Positions 60,400-64,000 of a DNA stretch of 64,000 nt are shown one piece after another. The notes below the pieces were generated by a model. The model saw nothing but the letters and a program-made list of their open reading frames with translations, ran no database searches and was not told the DNA's origin. The stretch is from contig OZ024740.1 in the NCBI GenBank assembly GCA_964016885.1, positions 399,032,001 to 399,096,000 of the forward strand, in the 5' to 3' direction. The position numbers were made by a program, and so were the translations under genes. The stretch is from Eledone cirrhosa. Taxonomy: Eukaryota. Each line of letters starts with the position of its first letter. Positions within the stretch are counted from its first letter, which is position 1.

Positions 60400-60934
60400 G
60401 TTTATAGTATATTTGTTGGTGTAGAAGAGGTTGTTAGGATGGTGAATCTGGAAGATCACATGGGCATAAGAATTCTGTTAAAAGCAATCTATTTTATGGA
60501 TTAGAATTACTCAAGATCATCATTGTTTTACACCTATTTTCTATGCTTACATGGATTAGATGTTCAGAGGTTAAACAGGCAGGTCAGATGCTTGTCTTGT
60601 TTGTTTATATATTCCATTTTGGCATGGTTTCTATGGCTAGATGCCTTTCTCAACACCAGCCACTTCATGTCATAGACCAGTTTTTTTTCTTATGACACCA
60701 CTACTACTACCTGACAGGGTAGACTGAGTGTTTTCTTTTTTTGTGTGACACCCGCTCTGCCCCTTTATAATGTGGGCTAGGTGTATTTTATCATGGCACC
60801 AGCACTACTACTTTACTAAGTGGTCTGGGTGTATTTTAATATGACAGCACTTCCCCCTTTGGTAGGATTTTCAATATTTTACAAATAATATGCTGAGTAA
60901 TAAACCTAAATACTTATATACAAACCATTTTTAA

Positions 60935-61154
60935 CCCTTTAGCATTCACATTACTCTATATATACTATTATATTTTCATGGTAAAGGCTTTACCTCGCAT
61001 AATTATCTCACATAATATTGAATCTATGAGATTTTGAAAGTATTTATTTTGAGAACAATACCTTAACATCAGTTTGAGCGACTGGTTACAGCCAGTTTCA
61101 ACAGAAAGAGGTGGAGAATTCTAGCTGGTTTTGGCCAGTTTGAACATTAAAGGG
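60935..61154. mobile_element. piggyBac-type MITE
   Basis: TTAA|CCCTTTAGCATTCA...TGAACATTAAAGGG|TTAA. Confidence 0.75.
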
Positions 61155-61234
61155 TTAAAGATTGAAAGAGCATAGTGGTCTTGATAGGGGGTGGGAGAGT
61201 CCTGAACTAAGGAGTTCTTAATCGAGCTCATTAA

Positions 61235-61424
61235 CTCTTTAGTATTTACATTACTCTATATTTACTATTGTATTTTCACGGTAAACACTTTATCTCGCAT
61301 AATATCGAATCTACGAGATTTTGATATTTATTTTGAGAAACCTCAACATGAATATGAGCAGCTGGTTATAGCCGGTTTGAACAGAAGAGGTGAGAGAATT
61401 CTGTCCAGTTTAAATGCTAAAGGG
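61235..61424. mobile_element. Second copy of the same piggyBac-type MITE
   Basis: TTAA|CTCTTTAGTATTTA...TAAATGCTAAAGGG|TTAA; interior similar to 60935-61154. Confidence 0.75.
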
Positions 61425-61787
61425 TTAATCAATAGGATATAAGGATGGTTATCAGTGATTACCAATATAAGGGAATGTATGGTAGTACACTGAGGTGTCT
61501 ATGTAAACAAATCCAAATATTGAGGCACACAAGTACATCAGTACTCCAATTCTGTATTATGATGGTTGTGTTTAAGAATAAATATATTTGCTAGTTAAGT
61601 GAGTGAAAACATGCTTAATGCTTGGTACATTAAAAAGATTAGGATCAAAGTTTATAAAGTAATAAAATATGAATGTTAAATAGTGACTAATATTTTCTTC
61701 AAGAGAAGGTATAAGAAATAACACATAAGTGGCCCACCAGTACTTTTTGAAGTGGAACAATTGCTCTTCACTGAATCATATCTGTTG

Positions 61788-61821
<34 letters not shown>

Positions 61822-61882
61822 AGACACACACACACACACACACTCACTCACTCACTCACTCACTCACTCACTCACTCACTCA
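61788..61882. repeat. (CA)n/(CACT)n microsatellite
   Basis: Seen directly. Confidence 0.95.
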
Positions 61883-62673
61883 GTGTGTGTATGAAAGGCT
61901 TGAATATTAGGTTCTCTTAACTAGCTGAACTGTGGTATGTTTGAGCTTTGTTTCATGGGAGCGACATTACAAATGACTGTTATTGTTTAGCCTCAAGTTA
62001 GCTCTGATAAAGCAGAACTATGATCATAGGTATTCCTGGCACAACCATCGCATCTTTTTCTTTTTAGGCATATTGTACCTAGGATTATTTTAGCCAATTT
62101 ATTCTTATTTGAGCTAGTAGAGTTGGTTTGATGGGGATTTGGCTGTTATTTCTAGCTGGTCGAATGACTTCATGGGTGCTCTTGTTAGCTGGAATGAACT
62201 TTTGCATCATTAAACTGGTATTTGGAACATAACTTAAAAGGTTCTGACGTAAATATAAGCACTGTAAATTAGTTTTATATAATAAAAAAAAAACCAAGAG
62301 TGGTTTCAGGATGTTTGTATCAAAAGAGATAATAATTTGATGTCTAACATAAATATAAGTCCACATATTTGGCAGAAGAGTATAGTAGTTTATACTTGAC
62401 AGTACTTGTATATTTTATCAACTCTGGAAGGATGAAAGACAAAGTCAATCTCAACTGAAAAGACACAACCAAATACCACACAGCATTTTGTCAGTCTACT
62501 TATCTCTTCTAATTTTTTCTCACATAGACATAAATATGTAAAGTAGTTAAATATCTCTGGTTCAGCTCAGATTGAGTAGACTTGTGGCATGTATCTCATT
62601 AGCTGAGCAACTAAGCATGATCCAAAGATTTGTTGTTCAGTACAACAAACTAGCTGTGAATTATACTGCACAT

Positions 62674-63851
62674 GCGTAAAAGTTGGTGTCCATCAGGGCT
62701 CTGTTCTTAGCCCCCTCCTATTTATTATTGCCCTTCAGGCTATAACAGAGGAGTTCAAGACCGGCTACCCATGGGAACTCCTATACGCAGATGATCTAAC
62801 GCTCATAGCTGAATCAATGGCCGAGCTAGAGAAGAAATTCCAAACATGGAAGCACAGCCTAGAATCAAAAGGCCTTAAAATTAACCTGGCTAAGACTAAA
62901 GTTCTAATTTGTAGGAAAGAAAATAAGGCGCCGGTCCCTTCCGGGAAATGACCATGCTCAGTGTGTAGGAAAGGCGTAGGTAGAAACTCCATTTTATGTC
63001 CCAAATGCAAAGTATGGGTGCATAAAAGATGTAGTAGGATCACAGGTAAGCTAACTAAGAACATAGATTTTACGTGTGGCCGGTGCTCTGGTGCAATAAG
63101 TAGCAGCAAGTGCCCACAAAATACTAGCTCTTTCAATTGCACAGAGGGTTCTATAGAAATAGTGGACAGCTTCCGTTACCTGGGCGACAAAATCAGCAGT
63201 GGGGGGGGGGGGGGGGCTCTGAAAGTACAGTAGCTAGAGTCAGAACTGGTTGGAAAAAGTTCAGGGAGCTTATACCACTATTAGCCGCTAAAGGGTTCTC
63301 CCTAAGAATGAAAGGCAGGTTGTATGATGCCTGCATACGAACAGCAATGTTGCATGGCAGTGAGACCTGGGCATTGTGTGCAGAAGATATACGCAGACTA
63401 GAGAGGAACGAAGCTTGCATGCTCCGCTGGATGTGTAATAGTAACATACGTGAACGGCAAAGCATAAGCGAACTAAGGAAAAAATTAGAAATAAGAGGGA
63501 TCAGATGTTGTTTACTCGAGAGAAGGCTACGTTGGTATGGTCACGTGATGCGCATGAAAGACGACAGCTGTATAACAAAGTGCAGGGCAATAAAGATAGA
63601 CGGTAGCTACGGAGTAGGCAGACCCAGAAAAACCTGGGACGAGCTGATAAATTCTGACCTAACACACTTACACCTCTCCAAGACAATGTCACTGGACCGA
63701 GACCTTTGGCGGTACTCAGTAATAGAGAAGACCCGCCTTACCTAAATACAAAGTAAAACCTACAACAGCCAGTAGGCATCTCTAACAAAATACACCTCCA
63801 AACCCATGCAAGCGTGGAACACGGACGTTAAACGTTGATGATGATGATGAT
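62674..63851 (+). mobile_element. RTE family B, 5'-truncated, with an internal 3' UTR deletion
   Basis: Closely matches 38482-39940. Has a premature stop (TGA ~62949), a poly-G frameshift at ~63201-63216 and a (GAT)n tail. Confidence 0.93.
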
Positions 63852-64000
63852 TCTAATATACAGTGACAAATTGTAAGGGGTTCTATTCTTTTCAATGTGT
63901 AGTCTATTTCTGTGTGCCTGTAGCTTTTGATGTTAGGCAAGTGTGTGACAGTTGCTGTTTCTCTGTATTTATCATGGATGGTATGCATTCTAACTCAGTG

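Overview
Repeat-dense, AT-rich animal genomic DNA. The repeat families and the abundant (TA/TATG)n and (GAT)n microsatellites suggest an octopus or other cephalopod, but this is inference only. The only host-gene piece I can support is a 64-nt first coding exon at 27359-27422 (+), MSGRKVLVALDGSEDADYCLK(W). It looks like a universal stress protein (USP) N-terminus, and the rest of the window may be its intron. The rest is mainly transposons: an intact RTE LINE with a PHD-type finger inside the RT (36.1-39.9 kb) plus several truncated relatives, an RTE family with C-terminal C2H2 fingers, a CR1-clade LINE with an intact ORF2 and a putative -1 frameshift site, a Penelope-like element with two hammerhead ribozyme copies, a compact 4.09-kb Gypsy-like LTR element with TSD, CRE and Gypsy fossils, three non-autonomous Helitrons, several MITE/foldback elements and two tRNA-derived SINE families. 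There are also tandem arrays of 42, 47, 48 and 102 bp; the 47- and 48-bp ones derive from the RTE 3' UTR. Most listed ORFs are microsatellite, satellite or antisense artefacts. I found unusual retroelement architectures but cannot show that any is a previously undescribed system.
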